Shown here piece by piece: positions 38,096 to 47,185 of a DNA stretch of 64,000 nt (the first letter of the stretch is position 1; every line of letters starts with the position of its first letter). The position numbers were made by a program, and so were the translations under genes. The DNA is from a virus (Duplodnaviria > Caudoviricetes), in the IMG/VR virus record IMGVR_UViG_3300031134_000001, positions 128,001 through 192,000 of that record. One strand, given 5' to 3'. The notes under the pieces were generated by a model. The model ran no database searches, was not told where the DNA came from, and saw only the letters and a list, made by a program, of their open reading frames with translations.

Positions 38096-38701
38096 ATGAA
38101 CCAACAAAACAGCGCAACTTCGATGGAAATGTCGTTCAGTAACTTCGACTTCAACATGAACCACATGAAGTTCATTGCCGGTCTGTTCACCAACATTCAT
38201 TCGGCCAAAGTGGCCAAGCTGGCCGAAGACATCCGCCTGTGGGGGCTGGCACGTTCGGCCAACAGCAAAAGCAGCGTCGCGTATCAAGTCCGCATTCACA
38301 GCAGCCGCGACATGGTCGTAAGTGGCAGTGAGTTCATCAGTCTGACCACCGACGAAGTGTTGTCCGATGTTGACAATATCCTGAGCGTCGGTCTGTCCTC
38401 GTACCGGCCAGATGACTGGGAAACGTTCCGGGCGGTGGTTAACCCAGAAGGTGCTCTGGAACTATACGACCGCGCCCTTCGCCTGCTTAAACCGCAGCTG
38501 GGTGAAGTCAACCTGGCAGCCTATGTCGCGCTGCGTCACCTGATCGCAACTGCCGCTCGCTTTTCTCAAGTGGCGCAGATTCAAGATGAATCGATCTCGT
38601 TCGAGTATCAAGACGGAAAAATGGTCCACATCTTCAAGGTGGTCATTCCGCACGTAGCGCCGCGCGCCATGGCCAATCTGGCAAACGAAGCAACGGCATA
38701 A
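38096..38701 (+). CDS. hypothetical protein (201 aa)
   Basis: SD aagga with AAC leader. Confidence 0.7.
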   Translation: MNQQNSATSMEMSFSNFDFNMNHMKFIAGLFTNIHSAKVAKLAEDIRLWGLARSANSKSSVAYQVRIHSSRDMVVSGSEFISLTTDEVLSDVDNILSVGLSSYRPDDWETFRAVVNPEGALELYDRALRLLKPQLGEVNLAAYVALRHLIATAARFSQVAQIQDESISFEYQDGKMVHIFKVVIPHVAPRAMANLANEATA

Positions 38702-38708
38702 CCGCCCC

Positions 38709-38733
38709 CTCCCCTGCCTGCGGGTGGGGGATT
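38709..38733 (+). terminator. intergenic hairpin
   Basis: tcccctgcc-tgc-gggtggggga followed by ttt. Confidence 0.5.
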
Positions 38734-38912
38734 TGTGATATCAAAAAAATGACTACTTACGATATTGGCTACCAAGCATATAGCCAACGCCACCCACTTG
38801 ACTCCACCAAGCCCAATGTGTTTGATCCCTCCCAGCCGCAAGAATGGCAAAACGGATGGATACAAGCCCAACACGATGAAGTCGATCTGTTAACAACCGG
38901 TTAAGGTTTATT

Positions 38913-39491
38913 ATGGCTATTGATACTCTGTACGCAGCGATGTTGGCTGAACAATGCGCTGCGCGCCACCGTACGCCCAAAGCAACGGTTACGCATCCGA
39001 AAGGTGTGATCGTGCCTGGTAGCACCTTGCTCACCGAGAACATCCGCGACCCAGACTACGTGCCGTACTGCGGCCCGTGCGATCCGATGCAACGTATGCG
39101 TCGTAACGAGACGGGGTTTTACTGCCCAACTTGTTTGAATAAAACAAACTGGGACTTATCGAAATTCAACGGTAACGCCGACGTTCAGTTCGATCCTGAA
39201 TATGCGGACATGGAATGGGTGGCTACGCATCAAGCTAAAGTGCAAGCTTTGAAAGACCATGAAGCAAAGCATAAAAAACCGTTTTCAGAAAACCAAGATC
39301 CGGCAACGAAGTTCCAGATCGACTGGTCGGAAGATGCGGGCAAGAAGAACACCCACTTCCATCCGTGTAATAAATGCGGTAAATCTTTTTTTGGTAAAAA
39401 GAGCCGCAAGTACTGCGTCGTGTGCAACGAACAAAACGAAGAGCGTTTGAAACAACAGAAAATGCGCAACGATCCCATGCCGTGGAAATAA
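38913..39491 (+). CDS. double zinc-ribbon protein (192 aa)
   Basis: CGPC...CPTC and CNKC...CVVC. Confidence 0.7.
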   Translation: MAIDTLYAAMLAEQCAARHRTPKATVTHPKGVIVPGSTLLTENIRDPDYVPYCGPCDPMQRMRRNETGFYCPTCLNKTNWDLSKFNGNADVQFDPEYADMEWVATHQAKVQALKDHEAKHKKPFSENQDPATKFQIDWSEDAGKKNTHFHPCNKCGKSFFGKKSRKYCVVCNEQNEERLKQQKMRNDPMPWK

Positions 39492-39507
39492 CTTAAAAGG
39501 AACCGAT

Positions 39508-40410
39508 ATGGCAGCCTACCAGATTCACACGATCCAGATGGCCAACCATCGCAAGTTGAAAGATGGGATGCATCTTCTGGACACGACTGCCAAATCGGGC
39601 GTTCCTGCGTTCGCTCCTGTCTTTTCAAATGTGATGGCTTATAAGGACGGTACGCTGTCTGAAGAAGAATACACCCGTCGCTATTTGGAGAAAATGGCGG
39701 CATCCCAAGTTACTTCCCCGAGTATCTGGGAAGAGCTGTTAGTGCATAAGCAAGTGGCTGTGGCATGTTACTGCACACCAGGCAAGTTCTGCCACCGGCA
39801 TTTGTTTGTGCCGATCATGAAAGAGTATCTGGAAGAACGCGGTCACACGGTTGAACTCATGGGGGAGTTAGGTGGCAAGCAGTATTGCAACCACATCCCA
39901 GAAGCGATCGTATCGATTCCGTTTGAGCGTAAGATCATTCCGTTTTACACACGCGACCATGTGCTGTCGAACCACGCCCCTATCGGCTTTACTGTCAAGG
40001 ACATCCATTTCAAGCATGGTGAGATGTTCCTGATGTACTGCAAGGCTGTGTTGATGGGCGACACGGAAACAGCCAACAAGATCCTGGTCACTGATAACCC
40101 ACAAGCGTGCAAGATGTTAGGCAAGCGCGTTAAGCCGTGGGATGAGCAAAAGTGGTTACTTAAGCGGCGCGGTATCAGTAACCGTTTGTGTTACGAGAAA
40201 GCGGTGCAAAACCCAGAGGTGGATGAATATCTCCTCGGCACCAATAACGATATTTTGGTGGAGGCCAGTCCCTCCGACCGCATCTGGGGTGTGGGTATTG
40301 CTGAGAACGATCCCCGTATCTTTGACGTTAACGAATGGCTGGGACTAAACCTATTGGGTGAGTCCTGGATGTGGGCTCGACGTAAGCGACAAGAAGATGT
40401 TATCTTTTGA
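39508..40410 (+). CDS. DUF488-like + NADAR (YbiA) fusion protein
   Basis: N-terminal CYC..GKFCHRH. C-terminal LSN.......F...E...MY.KA, K.LGK.VK..D...W and LVEASPSDRIWGVG. Confidence 0.85.
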   Translation: MAAYQIHTIQMANHRKLKDGMHLLDTTAKSGVPAFAPVFSNVMAYKDGTLSEEEYTRRYLEKMAASQVTSPSIWEELLVHKQVAVACYCTPGKFCHRHLFVPIMKEYLEERGHTVELMGELGGKQYCNHIPEAIVSIPFERKIIPFYTRDHVLSNHAPIGFTVKDIHFKHGEMFLMYCKAVLMGDTETANKILVTDNPQACKMLGKRVKPWDEQKWLLKRRGISNRLCYEKAVQNPEVDEYLLGTNNDILVEASPSDRIWGVGIAENDPRIFDVNEWLGLNLLGESWMWARRKRQEDVIF

Positions 40411-40419
40411 AAGTATTTC

Positions 40420-41076
40420 ATGAATCAATCAGCGTTTAAGTTTCACTTCTTCGGGGCGCTTGATGACAACAATCCCTTTTCCAAAAAGAACCGTGCAGAA
40501 TCTTTGCGCGGTGCGATTGCGTTATTACTGATCCCTTTTTTTGTTTACTTTTTCGGCGTTGCCATCGAGACTGAATTTAGTGCGTCGACATTATTTTTCT
40601 CGTGGCTGGTAGGTGTCGAGACCGCCTTGTTAGAAGTTGTTTACCAATCAGCGATGGTCGGTTGGTACGCACGGCGACGTGAGCGTGCGGGTTATAACAC
40701 AATCGATCGCTCCCCTGGTTATTTCGCCAAACACCTCACACTGTTTGATCGCTTTCATAAGCAGCTCATGTGTGACCATATTGACGACGACGATGAGCGC
40801 ATCGTCGCCTCAGCTAACCTGGACGATAACGACGGTGTGTGGTATGTGTTATGCCCAGGCAGGCACCATCACGTCATTTGGTTTATGGCCCAACACGGTA
40901 TGAATAAACGTATCGTCGACCAAGGTTTCCTGACCAACAAATACCGCTATTTGGATCGTGAAGCTGCCCGAGCGATGGCGATGCGTAATGGGCAGTGTCC
41001 TAATCCTGACCATAGCGTTGATTTGTTCTCAGAAGACCTCTGGTCAATACCTCCCTATCTCGCACAGAAAGAATAA
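40420..41076 (+). CDS. membrane protein with a conserved phage C-terminal domain
   Basis: Two TM segments; RHHH...QGFLTN..RY..RE.A...A..NGQ...LFSEDLW. Confidence 0.65.
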   Translation: MNQSAFKFHFFGALDDNNPFSKKNRAESLRGAIALLLIPFFVYFFGVAIETEFSASTLFFSWLVGVETALLEVVYQSAMVGWYARRRERAGYNTIDRSPGYFAKHLTLFDRFHKQLMCDHIDDDDERIVASANLDDNDGVWYVLCPGRHHHVIWFMAQHGMNKRIVDQGFLTNKYRYLDREAARAMAMRNGQCPNPDHSVDLFSEDLWSIPPYLAQKE

Positions 41077-41078
41077 TC

Positions 41079-41666
41079 ATGCAACGCAAACCGCGCTTCG
41101 GATTTAACACGCATGGCAACGTGATCGCTCTGCCACAAAACCAATCCGGTCGTAACGTCACGATCATCGCTGCCATGGCCCGTAACAACGGGATCGGCAT
41201 CGCTAACCGAATGCCATGGCATGTGCCAGAAGACATGGCGCAATTCAAACGCTTGACCATGGGTGAACCAGTCATCATGGGTCGCAAGACGTTTGAGTCA
41301 TTGCCTTTAAATTCTCGCACAGGCGAACGGGTGTTGACAGGTCGACAGATGTTGGTGGTAACGCGCGATCCACATTTTAAAGCCAGTGAAGTTATGGCGG
41401 TAAGATCGCTTGAAGACGCACTTACCGCTTGTGGCGATCGTCAGATCTTCATCATCGGCGGTGGTCAGATCTACAAAGAAGCGATGGACAAAGATCTGGT
41501 GGACGACATGATCTTGACCCGCTTCAACAAGGTCGCGTCATGCGACACGTTCTTCCCAGAGCCGTGTCCTTCTCGATATACGCCTGTTGTATTTAGTTCG
41601 CACCAGTCTGGCAAATTGGCTTTTAAATACGAATACTGGTGTCACATCAAACCAGAGAAAGAATAA
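41079..41666 (+). CDS. folA: dihydrofolate reductase
   Basis: IAAMARNNGIG...MPWHVPEDMAQFKRLT, VIMGRKTFESLP, IIGGGQIY, CDTFFP. Confidence 0.95.
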   Translation: MQRKPRFGFNTHGNVIALPQNQSGRNVTIIAAMARNNGIGIANRMPWHVPEDMAQFKRLTMGEPVIMGRKTFESLPLNSRTGERVLTGRQMLVVTRDPHFKASEVMAVRSLEDALTACGDRQIFIIGGGQIYKEAMDKDLVDDMILTRFNKVASCDTFFPEPCPSRYTPVVFSSHQSGKLAFKYEYWCHIKPEKE

Positions 41667-41671
41667 ACTAC

Positions 41672-42157
41672 ATGGCCATCAAGAGTTCCAAAGTTCCACC
41701 GCGATCTACTTCGCGTAAGTTCGGTAAGATCGAAGAGAATCAAGGCGTGATTGCGTGCGATCGCGTAGTGCCCTTGCCGTTTGACTTGGCCACCGTTTAC
41801 ACCGCTGCGCAGAACTTTCGTATCGATCTGGCAAAGGGTTACCATACACGACCCTCTGACTGGGTACTGGTGCAAGCCAGTTACATGCAAGAAGCATTGG
41901 AAGTCTTGCAAGAGCAAGGTTGCGGTTTGTATCCCGGTGAGAACAATGAACCATGGATTACTGTGCGTGTGGTGGGTAACGTACCCATGCCTTCGCCACG
42001 TGCGATGTCGTTGTCGTTGATCTTTACGTTCCTGTTCGTTCGTAACGATGTGAGTTTGCTTACGTCAAAGTACTTCCCGCACCCAGCCAAGATCAATACG
42101 GCTGAAGCGATCAAAGATTTGCAGACCGAAATCAACAGCGTTTTCGTTTATCACTGA
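41672..42157 (+). CDS. hypothetical protein (161 aa)
   Basis: ATG 6 nt after the folA stop. Confidence 0.6.
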   Translation: MAIKSSKVPPRSTSRKFGKIEENQGVIACDRVVPLPFDLATVYTAAQNFRIDLAKGYHTRPSDWVLVQASYMQEALEVLQEQGCGLYPGENNEPWITVRVVGNVPMPSPRAMSLSLIFTFLFVRNDVSLLTSKYFPHPAKINTAEAIKDLQTEINSVFVYH

Positions 42158-42196
42158 CATACTCCCCCGCCACCCTTACAGGTGGCGGGAGGTATG
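42158..42196 (+). terminator. intergenic hairpin
   Basis: catactccc..gccacc/ggtggcgggaggtatg. Confidence 0.55.
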
Positions 42197-42249
42197 AACT
42201 ATTTTTTATTGGCAACATTGAAAATATAACGAAATTGTTAGGAGGTATC

Positions 42250-42444
42250 ATGCCCCATAAAGAACCCGTAGCGCCATTTGTCGCGACGTTAGAATTGCGC
42301 ATCGCAGTTCCTGAAGGGACACACATGCCCGACCAACAAAAGTTGCAGCAGCTGTGGGTGGCTGTAACGGCGGAAGGAGTAATCTTAAAGGAGTGGCGCG
42401 ACGTGCCACGCGTTTTAGTCCAAAAGGGAAAAGAACATGAGTGA
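42250..42444 (+). CDS. hypothetical protein (64 aa)
   Basis: SD ggagg. Confidence 0.55.
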   Translation: MPHKEPVAPFVATLELRIAVPEGTHMPDQQKLQQLWVAVTAEGVILKEWRDVPRVLVQKGKEHE

Positions 42445-42940
42445 AAAGTTGCAGAACAATCCGGAACATAACACGCCAGCAATCCGCGTTACTGTGGAGT
42501 CCCGCGCTCGCGGCACTGGCAGTAGTCGTCTGGCGCACGTCATTGCATTTCTGATCGCCAAGATCGGCTATAGCGATGTTCAGCTTGTTTCCAGCAAGAG
42601 TGAATTCTTGCCGAACGAGCGCCCGGACGCTGACGAAGAAATCGCTGCCATGAGCAAGCAGCCAATTCAAATTGTCGAGATGGTGGTTTTCGACGGCGGA
42701 CATCACGCGCCGCGTCAAGTGTATTCGCACCAAGTCGGCCCTATCAGCCCACTGATGCAAGAAACTGATCTTCGCATCCGTACGCTGTTCGAGGCCATCA
42801 AGCACGGCGATGAAGACCATCAAGCCTGGTTGCGCGCCGCCATCGCCGCACACTTCGCGGGTGAACCAAAACCAGAGTACGTGGCGGGTAAATCGAGCAA
42901 AGATAAACCTGCTGCGGACGTGGAACATCATCCCGTCTAA
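42437..42940 (+). CDS. hypothetical protein (167 aa)
   Basis: Overlapping start; C-terminal HGDEDHQAWL motif. Confidence 0.65.
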   Translation: MSEKLQNNPEHNTPAIRVTVESRARGTGSSRLAHVIAFLIAKIGYSDVQLVSSKSEFLPNERPDADEEIAAMSKQPIQIVEMVVFDGGHHAPRQVYSHQVGPISPLMQETDLRIRTLFEAIKHGDEDHQAWLRAAIAAHFAGEPKPEYVAGKSSKDKPAADVEHHPV

Positions 42941-42959
42941 ATCGTGTGGTAATAGAGAT

Positions 42960-42976
42960 TTTAACGCACATATTAC
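42960..42976 (+). promoter_or_regulatory. phiKZ-type early promoter candidate
   Basis: TTTAA-N6-TATTAC. Confidence 0.65.
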
Positions 42977-43005
42977 TGTTAAGATCTAGGTAACGGAACT
43001 TAGAG

Positions 43006-43030
43006 GCCAGTCCTTCGGGGCTGGCTTTCT
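43006..43030 (+). terminator. UUCG hairpin followed by TATGCCG
   Basis: gccagtcc-ttcg-gggctggc followed by tttct. Confidence 0.6.
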
Positions 43031-43137
43031 ATGCCGTCGTTTGGAAACGTAGGAAAAGTTATTCACCTCGCTCATGCTTTGGATGCAGTACGTCCGTATC
43101 CGGCTATTCTTTTGTGTCACTTTAAAAGGGAAGTACA

Positions 43138-44697
43138 ATGAACTCCAATAACCAACAACAAGAACCAACCAAATACGTTTTCTCCATCGATGAGGACGGC
43201 GACATCAGCCCGCATGCAGTAAAGGCAGGCACCGCAGTGCCTGAAATCCCAGCCGGCGTTTATACGTTGGTGTATATCGAACCAATGCCTGGTCGCGGCC
43301 CGCAGCTCTATCTGCGCCCAGAAAAGAACTTCCAGATTCCAGAGCGCCTCTACGGCGACGTCAAGCTGAACGTCGATCGCTATCTGCGTTCGTACGAGAT
43401 GAACGACAAGAATCTGGGTGCGCTGTTCATCGGCGAACAAGGTTCGGGTAAAACCATGCAGCTCAAAGCACTGGCGGTGAAAGCTGTCGAGCTGAGCTAC
43501 CCTGTGATCCTGATCAACGAGGTGATTCCAGGTTCGCTCCTGAACTGGTTCCTCTCGACCATTGTTCAGCCTACGCTCGTGTGTTTCGACGAATTCGAGA
43601 AATCGTACGACACCCCCGATAAGCAACGCCCGATCCTGCAGCTGCTCGACGGCACCAACACGGGTAGCAAAAAGATGTACTGCTTCTCGGCCAACGAGCT
43701 CAAGAAGATCAGCCCGCACATGGTCAATCGCCCAAGCCGTATTCGCTATGTGCGCACGTTCCGTCGCCTGGAAATCTCCACGGTGGTGGACTACGTGCAA
43801 ACCAACCTCAAGAACTGTACGGAAGACCACGTCCGTGCGTTCATCCATCTGGCTCTGGCTGACGGTCTGGACGAAGATCGCAAGAACATGTCGAACGGCA
43901 TGAACTTCGACATGATGGCCGAATACGTGCGCGAGATGAACCAATTCCCTGGTTCGCTCAACGAGGTGCTTCACGTGATGGGGTTGAAAGGCAGCGATAC
44001 GTGGGCCCGCTTCGAAGTGAACGGCTTTGTCGACGGCGAGCGGGTGCATCATGCCATGGCGCACGGCACGCACAGCGGCGCCTACGCGGGTAGCGATGAA
44101 TGGTTGATCAACTTCAGTATCCATGTAGAAAAACTGCGTGAGAAAGCTACCGAAGATGAAGTCGACCGCTGGAAATGGGACTACGACAAAGTCGAGCTCA
44201 CCCAGCGCGATTTCAAGAGCTTTGGCGATTCGCATGATTCGCTGATCTTTGAGAAAGATGGCGTGGAATACCACCTGCGCTATATCGACTTCGAGAAATC
44301 GAACAAGCTGAAAATCAAAGTGGAGGAAACCAATTCGGGAAAGCGGCCCGCGCAGCAGCCAAAGACGGCGGCTCTGCGCGTGGAATCGGCCGCGGATTCA
44401 GTTTCCCCATGTCCCTCCCCCTTGACCACAGCTTCGTCTTCCCACTCAGCCTCTCCTTCGGAAGAATGTACCGTGAAGCCTTCGGAGACTACAAGCCAGA
44501 CGACTACGCCGATGGCGGAAATCCAAAAAACATCCGAGAATCCGACGCAAAAGGAATCGAGCAGTCAACCTCCGGAGGAAAAGAACTCGACACCGACACC
44601 AACGAGAAACTCTCTGAAGACGGTGATGATGACGACGATGACGACGAAAGAAAGCCCGAAGGATGCCTCGACTGGTCATGACCCAGATCAGTCGTAA
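43138..44697 (+). CDS. AAA+ ATPase paralogue 1 (frame-0 product, 519 aa)
   Basis: Walker A GEQGSGKT, Walker B CFDEFEK, sensor SAN, NRPSRIRY. Confidence 0.85.
   Translation: MNSNNQQQEPTKYVFSIDEDGDISPHAVKAGTAVPEIPAGVYTLVYIEPMPGRGPQLYLRPEKNFQIPERLYGDVKLNVDRYLRSYEMNDKNLGALFIGEQGSGKTMQLKALAVKAVELSYPVILINEVIPGSLLNWFLSTIVQPTLVCFDEFEKSYDTPDKQRPILQLLDGTNTGSKKMYCFSANELKKISPHMVNRPSRIRYVRTFRRLEISTVVDYVQTNLKNCTEDHVRAFIHLALADGLDEDRKNMSNGMNFDMMAEYVREMNQFPGSLNEVLHVMGLKGSDTWARFEVNGFVDGERVHHAMAHGTHSGAYAGSDEWLINFSIHVEKLREKATEDEVDRWKWDYDKVELTQRDFKSFGDSHDSLIFEKDGVEYHLRYIDFEKSNKLKIKVEETNSGKRPAQQPKTAALRVESAADSVSPCPSPLTTASSSHSASPSEECTVKPSETTSQTTTPMAEIQKTSENPTQKESSSQPPEEKNSTPTPTRNSLKTVMMTTMTTKESPKDASTGHDPDQS
44322..44380 (+). 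promoter_or_regulatory. predicted programmed -1 ribosomal frameshift cassette
   Basis: GGAGG (44322-26), in-phase G GGA AAG (44337-43), 5-nt spacer, hairpin 44349-44380. Confidence 0.65.
44340..44681 (+). CDS. alternative (-1 frame) acidic C-terminal tail of the AAA ATPase
   Basis: Open for 113 codons from the slippery site: KAARAAAKDGG...EDGDDDDDDDERKPEGCLDWS. Confidence 0.55.
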   Translation, partial: KAARAAAKDGGSARGIGRGFSFPMSLPLDHSFVFPLSLSFGRMYREAFGDYKPDDYADGGNPKNIRESDAKGIEQSTSGGKELDTDTNEKLSEDGDDDDDDDERKPEGCLDWS

Positions 44698-44790
44698 TCG
44701 GCACTACTTGTAATACCATCTAAGCCCGCGCTACCAGAGGCGGGTCGTAATCTGTACTACCCATAACCAACAACTATTAAGGATAAGACC

Positions 44791-46227
44791 ATGAACATTC
44801 AAAAACAACAACGCGAAGAAGTCAAGTACGCTTTCGATATCGCAGACGACGGCGTGGTTCGTCCAATGCGTCGAGTGCGTTCGAACATGGTGGCTGAATT
44901 GCCACCGCGGGTATACCGCTTGGTTGTCGATCAGACTGGTCCGCATCTGGTGCCAGAAAACGACTTCAACATGCCGGCACGGGTGTACGGTACATCGAAC
45001 ACCTACGCGCAACGCTTTATCCGCGCATACGAGCTGGGTACCAAAAACCTCGGCGCGTTGCTGATCGGTTTGCCTGGTTCGGGTAAGACCTTGACGCTCA
45101 AGCACGTGGCCATGCTCGCGGTGCAAGCGATGATGCCGGCGATCATCGTCAACACGGCGATCTCCGGTCAGATCCTAACGCAATTCCTCTCGACCATCAC
45201 CCAGCAATGCGTGGTCTGCATGGATGAATTCGACAAGAAATACGGCGGCAAAGATTCGGACGGCGATTCGATCCCGCTGGAGATGCAAGACTCGATCCTG
45301 GAACTGCTCGATGGCGCGACCGTCGGCGAAAAGAAGATGTTCATTCTGACCGCCAACGACGACGGCAAGATCTCGCCTCTGCTCAAGGACCGTCCTAGCC
45401 GGATTCGCTACACGATCAAGTACGCGCAAATCGACCAGGACACCGTCATCGATTATGTCAGCTCCAACCTCAAGAACTGCACGGAGGATCATATCCGCGC
45501 TTTCCTGATGGTGGCCAACGCCGACCGCATGAGTCGCACCGGCATGAACTTCGATTCGATGGTCGAACTCGTGAACGAAATGAACTACTTCGAATGCTCG
45601 CTCGACGAAGCGCTCGAACTCATGCTGCGTAACGGCAAGGAATCCTTCACGTCATTTAATGTCAAGGTGTTCCGTGAAGGCGTGTGGATCGATACTTCAG
45701 CCGGCTTCGGTAGTCATAACGGCGTGTACATGACGAATGGTGACTACGTCCTCACCTTCCAAATGGTGGTGCCGTCGACGCAGGAGGATGTACCCGCCCA
45801 GCGTTACGAGGTGAGACTCACGGCTGATCATTTCGTCGGCTTCGCTGAAAGCCGTTCGGCCTTCGAGTTCAAACTCAATGAGTTCACGTTCATGCTCGAC
45901 ATGGTTGATCAAGCAACAGCCAGTCGAAATAGTACGGCTGCAAAGAACGCTTATGAACAGCGGCCTGACGTGATCGCATACAAAGAGCAGAAGCAAAAGG
46001 AGAAGGAGAAAGAAGCTGCTGAAAAGAACGCGGCAGAAAACGACGATGAAGATGATGGTCTGAAAATCCGTCGTCCGCGGATGTTCGGCATGGATCTGGA
46101 GGCCATGGGCATGGGTCGTCACCATTTGACTAGCCTTATCCGCGATTACGGGACCGAGGTGTCTTCCGATCTGTTGCCGCCGGCGATGAATTTCGGCGCG
46201 CCCGACCCTGACGACAAAGCATCATAA
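44791..46227 (+). CDS. AAA+ ATPase paralogue 2 (478 aa)
   Basis: GLPGSGKT, CMDEFDK, TAN, DRPSRIRY; collinear with 43138. Confidence 0.85.
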   Translation: MNIQKQQREEVKYAFDIADDGVVRPMRRVRSNMVAELPPRVYRLVVDQTGPHLVPENDFNMPARVYGTSNTYAQRFIRAYELGTKNLGALLIGLPGSGKTLTLKHVAMLAVQAMMPAIIVNTAISGQILTQFLSTITQQCVVCMDEFDKKYGGKDSDGDSIPLEMQDSILELLDGATVGEKKMFILTANDDGKISPLLKDRPSRIRYTIKYAQIDQDTVIDYVSSNLKNCTEDHIRAFLMVANADRMSRTGMNFDSMVELVNEMNYFECSLDEALELMLRNGKESFTSFNVKVFREGVWIDTSAGFGSHNGVYMTNGDYVLTFQMVVPSTQEDVPAQRYEVRLTADHFVGFAESRSAFEFKLNEFTFMLDMVDQATASRNSTAAKNAYEQRPDVIAYKEQKQKEKEKEAAEKNAAENDDEDDGLKIRRPRMFGMDLEAMGMGRHHLTSLIRDYGTEVSSDLLPPAMNFGAPDPDDKAS

Positions 46228-46297
46228 CACCACCTAGACCCGCGCTAATATAGGCGGGTCTGGTCGTTACTTCATAACTAACAACAAAGGTACTATC

Positions 46298-47185
46298 ATG
46301 AAAGCTAAAGAAGTGTACTGCGGGATGATTCAGTTCTTCACCCGTACTTTCGATAAACTCGATTTCAGCGTACGTCGTCAAACGACCGTGCGTCCACTAC
46401 ACGATCCTGAGGTCAAGGCCGTGGGCAATGCCGAGCTGGAAGACATGGCGACTGCTTTGCTCAACGCAGCGCACGCGTCCGGCCAAACCATCACGATCGA
46501 AAGCAAAAGCGTGGCCCCATACGGCATGGGTGGTTATGCGCCTCAAGTGAAGATTCATCCGAACTACGCCAGCGTGCGCGCCGCGATGGATGCGTTACAA
46601 GCGCGCCGGGACGGCACCGCCAAGCCACCAGCCCAATTGAAGTACGATCCAGAGCATCTGCCACAACCGCTCAAGGCACGCTTGATCCCATGGCCAGACG
46701 CTGACGAAGAACTGCAAGACGCCTTAAGTCGCGACCCACGTCATCTGCCACACCACGTGTTGGTGCGTCTGGTGAAAGAATACGACCGCCGCCTGATGCA
46801 GATGTGGGACAAGGTCGGCTTCGAACGCCAACACAATCTGGTATCGGATTTCCAAAACTCCGTTCCGGCTAAGCTGCGCGAAAAAGACAGCCCGTCAGCA
46901 GATCCGACCAGTAAACCAATCACGGTGTCGTACAGTACCAGCGTTGGTGATCTGTCAAAGATGTTATCGCTCACATCTCAGCAGCTCATCCAGAGAATGA
47001 TCTCGCTGAAAATGCGCCAGTGCACAATCAGCAATCGGCTGTCTTTTGATGAAATCAAGAAGATAGCGCTTTCTTTCGGGTATATCTCTCGCCTCGAAAC
47101 CGAATACGCAATGGAACTGGTGCGCACTTCAGACGCAGTAAACGGAGGCACCGCAGCGAAGGAAGACCATGCATCCGGAACTTAA
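46298..47185 (+). CDS. hypothetical protein with an IF2 N-terminal-like domain near the C-terminus
   Basis: SVGDLSKMLSLTSQQLIQRMISLKMRQCTISNRLSFDEIKKIALSFGY. Confidence 0.65.
   Translation: MKAKEVYCGMIQFFTRTFDKLDFSVRRQTTVRPLHDPEVKAVGNAELEDMATALLNAAHASGQTITIESKSVAPYGMGGYAPQVKIHPNYASVRAAMDALQARRDGTAKPPAQLKYDPEHLPQPLKARLIPWPDADEELQDALSRDPRHLPHHVLVRLVKEYDRRLMQMWDKVGFERQHNLVSDFQNSVPAKLREKDSPSADPTSKPITVSYSTSVGDLSKMLSLTSQQLIQRMISLKMRQCTISNRLSFDEIKKIALSFGYISRLETEYAMELVRTSDAVNGGTAAKEDHASGT

Noticed and set aside
44337-44343. GGGAAAG as marking a tail assembly chaperone (gpG/GT) gene
   Set aside because: The host ORF has Walker A and B motifs, is an AAA ATPase paralogue, and no tape-measure gene follows.
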